Assembly: GCA_002633005.1 (NCBI GenBank)
Contig: NMRA01000017.1
Span: forward strand, 570,886-634,885
Direction of reading: 5' to 3'
Origin: Phoronis australis
Taxonomy: Eukaryota; Animalia; Phoronida
DNA: 64,000 nt
Notes under the pieces: model-generated
Told to the model about the DNA's origin: nothing
What the model saw: only the letters and a program-made list of their open reading frames with translations
Database searches by the model: none
Position numbers and translations under genes: made by a program
Shown: in pieces, positions 11,999 through 24,216 of the stretch
Layout of the letters: each line of letters opens with the position of its first letter
Position numbering within the stretch: the first letter of the stretch is position 1

Positions 11999-13506
11999 GT
12001 AAGTGTAATTTCAAATTTTATAAATGATGAGCAAACTGCTTCAGTTCTAAGGCGAGCAATGGTAGGCCTTCAACCCCGGTCCAGACCAAGTGCTACGACA
12101 TGTAGGCTTTTTATTGTGTTTAGACCACGCTCATTTCTTCATGGCAATAGTAAATTTACAAGTGACCCAGGTTCACTGTTGCCTTTGTCATTGATTAGTG
12201 TATTGTGAATATTGACCACCCCTTGGTTAAGTTGGTTGTGACTTGCATATGTCTGCAGCATTTCTTGTGCAAGTGGGTCGAGTTTATATGGCCTCAAACT
12301 TGACAGAAGTTCGCTAAGTGGGAAATCGAATTCATTGTCCTATTCTTCAAGAGTTTGAGTGTGATGCCCATATCTACTCTTCTCTCTGTCAGCATAATAA
12401 TTATCCAGTTCTTGCTCAAAATCGTCCTCATCTTCTGACCTTCAGTGTTGCCATTGCAATTGACTGTCAAGTGGCCAAACAGCATATTCCCTCCATTACA
12501 TCATTTGGCGGGAAACTTGGAAATAATTTTTCTTTAAAATTCAAAAATTGCGACTATTTGGCATAAAAATGCCTTTTTATGGTATTCATTTCATATTAGC
12601 TAACTGAAACCTCAAAAACTAAGAAAATGCATGGTGAGAACTCTTTAAAAAATAGGTTTCGTGATTACTTCTATTTGCACCTGTTTCACTTGCAATCTAA
12701 GTTGTACATTTTCATGTAATTTATCAATGAATTTCATGAACAATGACACAATGTTGAGTTCACATACCTTCTGTCAATATTCATGAAAAATATCTCCGGC
12801 AACGGAAACTAGCAAAATAAGACCAAATTATATTTAAAGTAAGCGTTTTGAAACAATTTCGCCATCACCTGGCGGTATAACATGAAACTACAACTTTTAC
12901 TTACAAGCTTCTGCACTGTTCTGATGTTTGTACTGAACACATTATCAAATGACGTATTCAAGCTGATTCAAACGAAAGAGCATGAGAAGGATGTTGATTT
13001 TTTCTTACATTGATTCATCCATCAGTAACATGTTCTTGACCAATTACAGAGTAGGTTTCATCAGTTGCCTTTTTCACATCATTATCTGGCTGTTACCTCA
13101 GACAGCCTTAACAAGTTCCTGGAGCACCTGTAATTGGTTTTTGACACTGACATCTAGGCACTCGTTTTGATTAAAGCACGTACCTTGTGAAATCCGCAGA
13201 TTACCGTACATATAAAAAGTCTGTAAGATTAACGTGCCCATCAAATTGTTTTCGTTGATTTCATGGTTGAGGAAATTGTGTTAATATCCTGAGACAACTG
13301 TTGCCATTTTTATGATGTATGGTGAAGTGTTTTGATCGTGTTATACAGTCCATGTCGAAGGTACTTGGACAAATTGAGCCGTAATTTCCTGTGGCTTAGT
13401 GGAAGCCAAATTCATGGTCAGAATAGCCTTCCCTCAGAAGTGAGAGGGATTAACTGGAAATCCGTTCTGTGATTAGAATTTCTAGCCATTTTTGTGATTA
13501 CCTGTC

Positions 13507-14476
13507 ATTACTTGGCGAAATAAATTTCGCCAAGTATGTTGCTCTGTCACTAAGTTTTTTTTTGTTTGTTTGTTCGCACGATACAGGTCGCAATTTTCGT
13601 CCGATCCTCACGAAATTTACACATAACACGTACTTCCGGAAGTACTGGCAGCCTATTGTTATTCGTCAAAATCGGATCCAAGATGGCGGCTGTGGCGGCC
13701 ATTTTGTTTTCATTTAAAGGTTCAAATGCTTCTGGAGGCTACAATTTTTTATGTAAAAGGCTAAGAATCGGCACAGTAAATGGACCGGAAGTTTTCTACA
13801 AGTATACCGGAAATTGTTTACTTCTGGTTAAAGATGGCGAAAATATCGGCGACCGCGCATGCGCACCTCGATTTTGGCCTAAAAATGTTTTCTCCTGTAG
13901 AGGGCGCATTATAAGACCAATTCCTTCGAATTTTTACAGGTATTAGTTTCTTATGACATGCTATTATACAAAGCCAAAAAACCGGAAGTTGCTTTCAAGA
14001 TGGCGGATCTGGCGCATGTTGACCCATTTTCAGTCATGCTGGAGTGCGATTTTAAACGGGAAGAGAAAAAGACGTGATTTTTTGCATGTGGATTCTTTGA
14101 AGTATATTCTTTCAAATGGCCTGTAACAATTTTTTTCTCAGACTTACCGTTTTCGAGTTATTTGACTTTAAATTTCTTTAAAAAAAACGCAAAATTTCAT
14201 TTTTTTTCGAAAAATTTACGGAATTAGGCGATACCATCATCTTCGTCATCATCTCCGTCGTTGTCTTTTCCGTTAATTTCGCTAAGTGTCGCTCAAGACT
14301 GTAACCTTTTTCTTACTGATTTCGGACTTCTACGTTCGTCATGTGTATGTTATTATTACTTCTTTTGTTCATCCCCGCCACCATCGTCGTCATATTCATG
14401 ATCTTCGTCATCATCTTTATCGTCATCTTTTTGGTTAATTTTGCCAAGTTTCGCGCCTCGGAGCGCTTTCATTTGT
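13507..14476 (+). mobile_element. Non-autonomous Helentron-associated (HINE/DINE-1-like) element, family 1
   Basis: 5' palindrome TACTTGGCGAAA-TAAA-TTTCGCCAAGTA, then a (TTTG)n microsatellite and internal repeats; 3' subterminal GCCAAGT followed by the hairpin GCGCCTCGGAGCGC. Confidence 0.7.
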
Positions 14477-15255
14477 GTTGTTGACAGAATTAGCTGTCAT
14501 GACAGGCAATCCATGCTTTGTTTGATTACTTAGTCTTGTACTGTATATGGATGAAATATTTACCCATCTTGGTAGCGTGAAACAGACGGACAACTCAAAC
14601 CTAATCGCTCCAGCACTAAAGCATGTTCACAGTGTTGACACTTGTATGGTCATTATATTGCCTTATAAATTTGAAAGCCCAGTTTTGTTTGTAAGACAGG
14701 CACTAGATTACTACACAATTGTGAATAAAATGTAAAACCTTACAGAACTCAACCAATAGTGTCAGTTGCTTAAGGCTATGTTTAACCAAAACAAAATGTC
14801 CAAATTTGGCCAATTTCGGAATATCATAGCTCAAAAATGGCTGATCAGATACTATGCTTTATGCACTATTCTGCCAAAGGATTTTAGGAATTGTTTTAAA
14901 GTGGTCTATTTTTGCAAGAGCAGGTATCGCAAATAGAATTATTTTCTTCTTGAAATTTGTAACAAACAGAATTATGTCTTATTATTGAAGCAGTTGTTTT
15001 GCTACTTTTTGTTTTGCCAAATTTTACTCAATCAAAAAGACATGGTCATGTAACCCAACTAATGGTAGAACGGTATAAAGTAAAAAACCAAATTCTTTGC
15101 ATTAAAATATTTACTTTAGCCGAGTTAAATTTATTAGAGTTTCCTAAATTTTAGCTAAGTTCGTAATAGCTTAATATTTTGGTGTCAGCACAAGACCCAT
15201 TGACATGCACTGCATGTAGTCGAAAGGATTTCTGATTCTCAATCATTTGTTTCAG

Positions 15256-15310
15256 AGGTCTTTTGCGAAAATACTCCACGGCATCATCGGTGGAGAAAAC
15301 AGGTTCAGGG
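15256..15310 (+). CDS. Tentative exon (RSFAKILHGIIGGENRFR)
   Basis: Acceptor tttgtttcag, donor gtgagg; phase 0 to 1 joins 17094 in frame. Confidence 0.5.
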
Positions 15311-15615
15311 GTGAGGCACTTATGTTGTTTTACAATAATTCTCATATCACCTCTTCTTAAAACAGGCTCAGAGGTAAGGCTCTTTAATGTTTTGTAATAT
15401 TCATATCACCTCTTGTTAAAACAGGCTCAGGTGTAAGGCGCTTGTATTGTTTTACAATTATTCTCATATCACGTCTTGGTAAAACAGGCTCAGTTGTAAG
15501 GCACTTTATTGTTTTGTAATATTATTCATATCACCTCTTTTTAAAACAGGCTCAGTTGTAAGGCACTTTATTGTTTTGTAATATTATTCATATCAGTTCT
15601 TGTTAAAACAGGCAC
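15297..15615 (+). repeat. About 60-bp minisatellite (about 5 units plus a displaced copy near 15780-15880)
   Basis: Unit AAACAGGCTCAG.GTAAGGCACTTTATTGTTTTGTAATATTATTCATATCACCTCTTGTT. Confidence 0.9.
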
Positions 15616-17093
15616 TTGGGTTATACATTTTCATAACCGACATATGTCCTAAACTCCTAAATAATATATAAAAGGTACTTGCGTCACAAGCTCGTTACCA
15701 GAGATGAAAAAGAGATCGTGGTAGTCGATAAAAGGTCATTTATTATGACTAATACAATTACAAGTAACAGAAAACCATATGTTGCTTTACAATTATTCTC
15801 ATATTACCTCTTGTTTAAACGGGCTCAGGGGTGAGGTGCTTATATTGTTTTGTAATTATTAATATCACCTGTTGTTATAACTTGTGACTTGAACTATTAC
15901 AACTTGGTCTGGAATATAACTTGAAGCCTGCTTGTGTGTTTTATCGTAACTGCTTTCACAGCCCTCAACATGCCTGAAATGCATTTCGTGTTGAATCTGC
16001 CTTTACTGTTAATTCACTGAATTCCACTGTGACCGGTAGTTCTTCGTATCAAAAATTTGATTATACAGACAAACAAGCAACTGCTTTAGTTCGGGTGTTG
16101 CTAGTTGTTACTATTGCCTAGTCCCACGAACCAACGCCAATATGATGGAAGTCTTTTGCAGGCGTATCACTGCAGCAGATTCTCGTATTAAACCTGTGAA
16201 ACTGGGCTTGAACATTTTTTGCAGTGAAAACATCAGTTTTAACATGCAGTTGGAATTAAGAGATAATTAATGACTTGATACGAGTATATTTTGGATAGGT
16301 TGGCCGACCTTATGAATTTACGAAGTGTGTTTTGACTTGTTAGACAAGTGCTCTGAATTGAACTTCTGTTGCAAAATAATAAACTCCTCTAATTTTAAGG
16401 AAAAATTAAAGATAACTTTTTCAGCTGCGCGGGATTTAGTTTTTTTGCATAGATAGTTCAGTAAAAGGAAAATCAATTATCGAGTTTCCAGAACGAGTTT
16501 CAAGATATCGAGTTTGATGCCTTGTTGGTGTGTTTTCAAACATATTCAAGTTGTTCTTGGACGTTGCAGGGGAGACCAGTATAGGTCACATGTACCGTTG
16601 CCAGCTTTGTATGATGGCGTTTGATTATAGATCTCAGGCCTGTTGTTGAGGTGTCTAGTGTTACCTCATTACCCACACATTCCAGCCAATCAGTTTACAG
16701 TATTCCCTAGTGTACAATGTGCACACAGAATTAGCGCCGAGCCCGTAGCACCTGGTTTGCCTGGCTGCTGTTTGCAATGAGCTGTAGCTAATTTGCTAAA
16801 GTTCCTCCTTACATTGGAGGTTTTCAAAGTGTCCTTCATTTTGTGGTTATTGTAATGAAGACCTATACTTAATTGACACCGTGTGTTTTAAATACTTTGT
16901 GTTATGCGCTGTGGGTTTTTTCTTGGTCTCATGTGGTGCGGACTTTCATCTCCATGTATTCATTTGTATTACACTGCTACCCGTTTCATGTTCTACTCTT
17001 ATTGAAGTTGTGTTCTGAGACCATTGAAGCACTGAGTTACATGGTAGTGATTATTGGCTTGTAATTGGCCTGTAACACTCATTTATATTGCAG

Positions 17094-17224
17094 CTGATGA
17101 GTTTGTGGTAATTCTGAAGCTGTTTAGTCCAAAAGATTATTTCAAGTCGGTGAAGGTTCCCAATCACATTTCTTCCAAAGACCAGTGTTTCTTTGATTTT
17201 GTCACGTTCACGAAATTAGTGGAG
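17094..17224 (+). CDS. Tentative exon (ADEFVVILKLFSPKDYF...DQCFFDFVTFTKLVE)
   Basis: Acceptor tattgcag, donor gtgtag; 43 open codons; phase 1 to 0 joins 17621. Confidence 0.55.
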
Positions 17225-17258
17225 GTGTAGGTTTGACTGAATGCACGTAATTTTGTGT

Positions 17259-17570
17259 AGCAGAAGTAAGACTGCAGCAGCGGAAGCAACAGTGGCAGCA
17301 ATGGCATTTTCAGCACCTGCAGCAATAGCAGCATTGAATGATTGGCACTAGCAGCAATAAGAGCAGTAGCAACAGCAGTAGCAGCAGCAGCAATAGCAGC
17401 AGCAGCAATAGGAGCAGCAGCAGCAATAGGAGCAGTGATAACAGAATTAGCACTAGTAGCAATAGCAGCATCGTCAGCAGTAGTAGGAATAGCAGCAGCA
17501 GGAGCAACAGGAGCAGCAGCAGGAGCAACAGTAATAATATCAACTGGGCAGTAGCAGCAGGACTAATAGG
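17259..17570 (+). repeat. Imperfect (AGC/AGT/AAC)n trinucleotide microsatellite in an intron
   Basis: Runs of gcagcagca, gcaatagca; explains the poly-L, poly-S and poly-A ORFs. Confidence 0.9.
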
Positions 17571-17620
17571 ATCAGCTTTTGATTAAATAAGTATGAACCG
17601 CAGCTGTTTTTGTCTTGCAG

Positions 17621-17760
17621 AACTTGTCGCTGGCTCATCGCCTGATATTCAACACTATCAATGAGAAGATTGTGGATGAGACTGTTGACTCAGACACACG
17701 TGTTGTGCGTCCGTCCATAGAGAAGTCGGAGGTGGAGGTTGACATTGAAATGACACGAGA
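17621..17760 (+). CDS. Probable exon (NLSLAHRLIFNTINEKIVDETVDSDTRVVRPSIEKSEVEVDIEMTR), possibly TMC N-terminal region
   Basis: Strong acceptor ttttgtcttgcag and donor gtatgt; ends in phase 2, compatible with TMC exon 24147. Confidence 0.68.
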
Positions 17761-18215
17761 GTATGTCAACCTTTTCTTTTTCATGGCTACTATAAATGGA
17801 TTTGAAGACAACTGTCAATATAAAAGTTTAAAAACCATTGTTTCAGTTGGTTGCTGTGTATCACCCGTCACACCAGCTACTCTCTATACACACGGTAGAT
17901 AGCAACAAAACATAAGACAGCATTATGGTGGTGGTTTTTGTTTTTATTGTTGTTAACTGCTTTTTACAGTTTTAAGTCTTTATTCAGAAGTCATGTACAT
18001 GAATTACTGTTTGATTTTTACTTTCAATAAGCCCTCAATACAATGTTTTGTCTGCAGTCAACAAAGCGTGTTTCCTGAAAGGTCATGATTTCTTGATAGG
18101 TCATGATTACAGTAAACTCTCACCAACATAGGACACAATATGGCAGACAAGTGAAATTTTGATTGTTCATTTTTTAACGTCAGTAGCACCACGACTCAAT
18201 GGTTTATCATTTTTT

Positions 18216-20395
18216 TGCGCCCTCATACATGTGGGTGCATAGTGTTGTAGTCTCTGTCCAGGTGTTTGGCTTAGTGGTGCTGTATATCCTAAAGCTTGCA
18301 GGATCGTCATGAAATTTGGAAGGTGTGTTCCCATGAAGCTGGTGTCATGTGATGGCAATTTTTGGACAGATCCAATTTCTGAGGTACCAAGTGGCAATTT
18401 TGTTCTGCCCATTTCCTTGTCGGTCGGGTTTTCAGGAAATTTGGTAAATATGTTTGTATAGAGATGATGATCATACCTTTCCGAGTGTTTGTGGAAATTA
18501 GCAGAATGATGTGTCCTTGCAGAGATCGCATTGATTTTCAGACAGGTCTGGCCTCTGTGGCACCCCTAGTGGCAATTTTGTTTTTTACGTCCTCTTGTGT
18601 AGTGTTTCTTTAACCCTTTGCAAGTTCTTTGTCAAATTTAGTAGATGTGGTCCTATAAAGCCGACGACAGATGGCGAGGAGTTTGTTGAGTGATCAAACT
18701 ACCTCTGTGCCCCATGGTGGGATTTCATTTTTTTACGTTTATCTTTGTATCTTGGAAGTTCATTGATGGATTTTCATCAAATTTGACAGATTTCTGTCAA
18801 GGAGAAGAGGACGTCTTTCCATTTTTGGAAAGATTTAACATAGTCTGCACAATCTAGTGGCCATTTTCGTTATTTTCGATTCTGTGTTTGACATTCACCT
18901 CCCTATCTGCGAAACCACCTGAAGGATCATTATGAAAATCGTATTTCTTGGTGGAATTTAAGGAAGTGATTGGCAGATTTCAGTGAAACTTGACTTAACT
19001 CAAGAGGTATGAGATGTCAACATGCGCTGTCATCAGTTAATGTTTGGGTGAGTTTGACTGCTGCAGCACCCTCTGGTGGCCTTTCCATCCTGTAGATGAT
19101 GGCAGCTACTAGTTTTGAGCAGGTTCTAACAAGTACTATGCCTCCTTAAATCATTTGGTGTCTGTCTTTGTATCTGCCAAATCCCATGATTGTTCTTTAT
19201 GAAAGAGCTAGCCAACACTCACCTTGCCAATTTTTGGATATCTAGCAGGCCTTCGTACAGCGTATGTCCTGGGCGTCCATTTGGACGCAATGGCACTAAA
19301 CTGGACACCCTGGCAAGGACGCCCAATGTGTCATTTGGACGCCTTGTCAATCATAATTTCTCCGATTGGACACCCACATTGTGAGATTACTAGGACTCCC
19401 CAGTTTATGAAAGAGAGAAGTTGGTCCTTTCAACAATACAATTTATATAATGCTATGTTCAAACTATTTTCAAAGTATTTAGTAGACCTGTCAATCATTA
19501 GCAGGTGTTTGGTTGCCAGAGTGTCTCTGCTTTCAGTGGTCTTATATCCCACTGCAATACAGTACTTTATACACAGTCAGGGACACCGACCTTGGTTGAC
19601 TCCTAACTGGTGTTTCAGAGCTGTAGTTTCATGTTTTTCATCTTTTTTTAAAAACATTAAAATCGAAATAAATGTCATTATTTCACTAATATGATGTGCC
19701 ACAAGAATATCCCCATTTAAAATGTTCGAGTTAGTGCCCGTTTCATGCTTTTCTATGAGCGTCTTAATATGGAGCAGCAGTGACACCTGTTGCCAAAATA
19801 TAAACCACACATCATATGTGCATTTTTTGTGTTGGTAACTGCAGATTTGATGACTCATTGTACAGAATATATTAAAACTAGTTAAGATTATGATAAACTT
19901 TATAACAGCAATTTGCACTCATCGTTCAACCAATATCTGTAAATTTAGACATAAAAGTCTTGATCCACACAGTTTTTTAATAAAAAGCCAACTACAAGAA
20001 AGCTGTTTGTGTAAACTTAGATGTAAAAACCTCACTGTGTGTGAGGGGGGAGGGGGTAATGCGTCGTCGGAATCATGGACGCCCTGGAATATTGGGAACC
20101 CCATTTTGGACACCCTATTTTCGAAATCCTTGATAAAGCCCTGATACCTAGTACTGTGTTCCTTTTGTGACATTTTTATTTCTTTATTGAAAGTGTTCAT
20201 TTTTTTGATTTTTTCATTGAATGTTTGCCTGTTATGGTGAGGCACCAACATTTTTGTCTATTCTGACTACTGCAGCCCCCTCTGTGGTCCAATTTTTGTC
20301 TCCTTGTACCTGAAATGAAACTGTTGAGCACCCCTAGAAAGATACCAGTTGCTTTGCTCTGTCTGCACATATCATTGCTTTGCCTTGTTCTAATG
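18216..20395 (+). mobile_element. Degenerate HINE family 2 copy, probably interrupted by internal insertions
   Basis: Similar 5' end at 18216, repeated ATGAAATTTGG and CCCTAGTGGCAATTTT units to about 19100, matching 3' tail at 20250-20395. Confidence 0.55.
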
Positions 20396-21214
20396 TTGTT
20401 ATATTGTGTTTATTATTAATTAGATAACAGCTATTTTTTAATTGGTTTATTGTCATTAAGAAATGGAATCTGAGGCCTGGCAAAGTTATTTGTGCAGTTT
20501 TCAAACTGATGATTTCAACTCAAGATCGTACGAGCAAAATATTGGATTAAATCGGACTACAAGGCGAGAACATGCTGAGTGTATTGTACATGAGACTTAG
20601 TCACAGTGAGCAGCGTTAAATAAATGGAATCTTTAGGTTTCTTATTAGTTAGTCTCTGGGTCTGATTGATTTGTCTAGTACTTATTAAAAGGTTCTCTCA
20701 GTGTGTACAGTGCACCTATTGACCACTGTAAGGTGAGGTGGTGATCAAGTATCGTCATAGAAACTAAACCTGACTCACACTGTGCTTTCTGTTAGCAAGC
20801 ACCAGAAACATCTTTGTTGAATTGTGTAAAATTTTGCCTAGTATATTACCCTGTCATGAAATTTTTGTTTGTTTGACTGTTACGTGCTGCAAGCCACATT
20901 TTTCTGTCTGATCATCATAAAATTAGCACACCACTGGTGTATCATCAACAACTCTGGCTCTATGTTTTTTGGTTAAAATTGGTTGACATTGTACGCAAGG
21001 GGATGGTGCGACAGCTATTTATATACTGTATAGTACATGTGTTTATGTATATTTATATGGTTGCATATTGTTGTCACTTTGCTTGCGCAGGTGTCCGTTC
21101 AATATCTCGAAAACCAGTGATTGGATTTTCCTCTTTTCTATGTTTGGTCATTCCAAGTCCTGGAGTTTTGTACTTGCGAAGCTGTCTTGGTTTACCTTGA
21201 CTGCACATCCCGTA

Positions 21215-21470
21215 CGAGAAATTTCAATAGGATTTCCAATAGGATATCCTAAAGGATTTGTGGTAAGAAATCCTGTTGGATCGTATAGGAAGTTCAATTA
21301 GATTTTGGCCCTATAGGATTTCCTATTCCTATCAGGTTTTATAGGTATGCAATTGGGTTTCCTATTGGAGCCTATAGCATTTCCTGTAGGAATCAAATAG
21401 GATTTCCTATAGGATCTTATAGGAATGAAATTCAATTACATTTTGACCCAATATTTTTATGGCAGGACTG
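21215..21470. mobile_element. MITE-like element built of CCTATAGGATTT subrepeats
   Basis: More than ten degenerate (T)CCTATAGGA units with loosely inverted ends. Confidence 0.45.
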
Positions 21471-21674
21471 TGTTGGTTTACAGAAGGTAAACCAACACAG
21501 ACCTGTACAAGGTCATGTTGGTTTACATTCCACTATACGAGGCTATGTTTTCTTAATCATTTTTGTCTTCGTCGTTGTCTTCATTCAAGTGTTGCTCTCT
21601 GGAGCACTTTCATTTTGATTTTGTTGCTCATAACTGAAAATAATTGTCATTAGTTTGAGTGATTGATAAGATAA

Positions 21675-21790
21675 ACCAAGTGGCGGGGTGGTTTGAGTTG
21701 TAGAGTCTCGGTAGTAGACTCTGGTTCAAATCCTAGCCATACTGGCAACCAACTATTGAGCATTGTTCAAAGACACAGAATGTGATCTTG
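21675..21790 (+). mobile_element. Degenerate tRNA-derived SINE head
   Basis: GTGGCGGGGTGGTTTGAG (A-box-like) ... CTGGTTCAAATCC (B-box). Confidence 0.35.
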
Positions 21791-24146
21791 TGTTATGTTG
21801 CTTGTCCGCAGGTGCCAGTTATGATCAATTTAATGTAGTTTACAGAAGTGGCAAGGTGTTCAATTTCAGAAGAGTAATTCCTAACTCAGCAGCAACTTTG
21901 AATTTAATGTTTGTAGTGGACAACTGAAATTTGTAATACACTGGTGTCGGAATTTTCGAATAATAATGTGGTTTATTGAATATGTGTCTTACATAAATCA
22001 TTTTTCATTATTTTGATTCCCATTTTCTTTACCTGCATCATATTCTCGGTAACTCTGTCATCTTTTTGACCAATAGTAACAATGCATTTAGCTCTCCTCT
22101 TTCCTAGAGGTAGAAAAATGCAGTGCATGACGGACCTACTTCTCAAATTTTCAGGCACTTTTCAGTTGATTGAAGAGGGAAGAACAACACATTGTTCATC
22201 CACCACTGATATTTGCCTGTTTTGATTTGTTGTCTAAATTGCAACTCAAAATACAATTTATAATACAATTTTCCTACAATACAGTAATGCATTACACGAT
22301 AACCAGGACATGAGATAGTACAGTGTCATGTGTAGAAGCAGGACAAGTGCTTGATATATGTGTTGCATTGTGGGTAAATACCTTAGGATGCGAGTGGTGC
22401 TGTGCTATGTCAGGACGGGCCTATTGCCAAAATGCTCATTTTCACTTTTTCGAAGCTGCTCATTAAAGAAACTACTGTTGGTTATTCTTCAGTTTATTGC
22501 ATGAAAGTAATTTAGAAAATAGTTTGCATTCTATTTATTGAGGGGATGACTACCTCATTTACAAGCAGATAAATGTCGGATTACATTAGGTTCTGTGTTT
22601 AGAGAAATTTGACATGAAACAAATCTTATTCACCACGGTATAGTCTGCTAAGTAGTTGAAACGGAAGGATTACCATGTGTTAGCGATTTAGAGGATTTTG
22701 TGTACGTTTGTAGAGAAATTCAGCAAAAGTAAAATTCCCTTCTCTGAATGTTGATAAGTAGGCGAAGGTTCAGTACGTTCTGTATCAGTGCAGTAATGTG
22801 TTTCCCATGAAATAAGTTTTAAATTAATTGACAGTGATTTGCCATCTCTAAAGTGGAAACCATACATTTGAAGGGTTATCTTTACTGCACTACAAATCAC
22901 CATTAGTCTCAGGTTCATTTTAAAGTGTGCTGGTGTTTGTCTTATTAAATGTGCATGCTGTATTTAGTGAGGTGCCAATCTTGTGAATCTATTTGATCGC
23001 TCTTCAAACACAGTCTGACTTGAGGAAATCACGGTCTTAGTTCGATTTGCAAATTAATTTGTGCTTTACTCATTGAAACTTCAAGATGCACTTAACCATT
23101 TGTGATGTTATGTAAATTTACAGATTCCGCGTTGTCTTGGAGATAATATTTTTGATATGATCGTAATTAATGTTCCCCTGTTGTGTATGTACTATCCACA
23201 GAACAAGAGGAAGTGCTGTCAACGGTTCTGCAAAAGGCCCGCACCTTAGTGCTAAGTTCAATTCCATTAAGCAAACACAATGTGTTTATTTAATCTTTGT
23301 GATTTCATTTTACTTTACATAGGTATTATTTTGCTATATTGGTATGTTTCTAAATATCAATCTTTATAAAATGCCTAGTTTTAGAAATGCTGTGTTAATA
23401 ATAGTAATAATAATAATACGATTAATAATAATAGTACCAATAAAGCACGTTATGTACACTAACTTGTGAAAGTATGATAATTGTGCATGTTTTTCTTAAT
23501 GCCAGGCGGTCTATGATTTTAGAACTGTTTTCTGGGTAGTGACACGCAACAGCAATTTCCTGTGATAGTGTTTTTAACAGGATACCAAATCCTGTATTAG
23601 CTTGATCAGAAATTTCAGTACTTAAGCCTCATGCCCATTTACACAATTATATGGAAATGCATATGAATTACGGATTAAAATGTTGGCCACCTGCCCCTTC
23701 TTAGAAAATTGAGAATTAATTTTGTTAGTCTGGTAAACTACAGGTTAGCACAACCACACACACGCACACACATCAAGCAGACATGAATTCTTGGATGCAA
23801 GTTTTTTAGTGTGATTTTTCTGTCGAGTGATTTTAATGCCGCAAGAAATTGAATCCAGACTTTCAGATTCCTGTTTTTTTTTAAAATTATGCTTGAAAGC
23901 TATTTTTAATATTAAATAGGTCTCTGCAGGATTATTTACTTATAAAGAGGCTGCAGTTCTAGCAACCAGAACCTAATCTCAGAATGCAGACAACACGGTA
24001 CTTCGTCTTGAAATTTAAATAAATCACACTGTTTGATTTGAGAGTAAATTTGTAAGTTTACTCAAAGCGTGACATGCATTTAGTCAAATTTTGAGTGCAG
24101 TTTGAAGTACGGAGATAAGATGCTTGGTCCTGTTTTGTATTTCCAG

Positions 24147-24216
24147 CCTGAGTGCCATGCGAAGAAACGAGAGGGCCAGAATGAACTGTTTCAAGTTGTT
24201 CTGGTACGACATGGCG
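24147..24216 (+). CDS. TMC: TMC exon (LSAMRRNERARMNCFKLFWYDMA)
   Basis: Acceptor ttttgtatttccag, donor gtacgt; phase 2 to 0, joins the next exon in frame. Confidence 0.72.

Noticed and set aside
17310-17586. Poly-Leu, poly-Ser and poly-Ala ORFs
   Set aside because: Translations of a trinucleotide microsatellite lying between two candidate exons.
21091-21930. Strong-looking acceptors at 21090 and 21811 as extra or terminal exons
   Set aside because: No convincing donor, phase link or recognisable peptide. They cannot be excluded without RNA data and would matter if the upstream exons form a separate gene.
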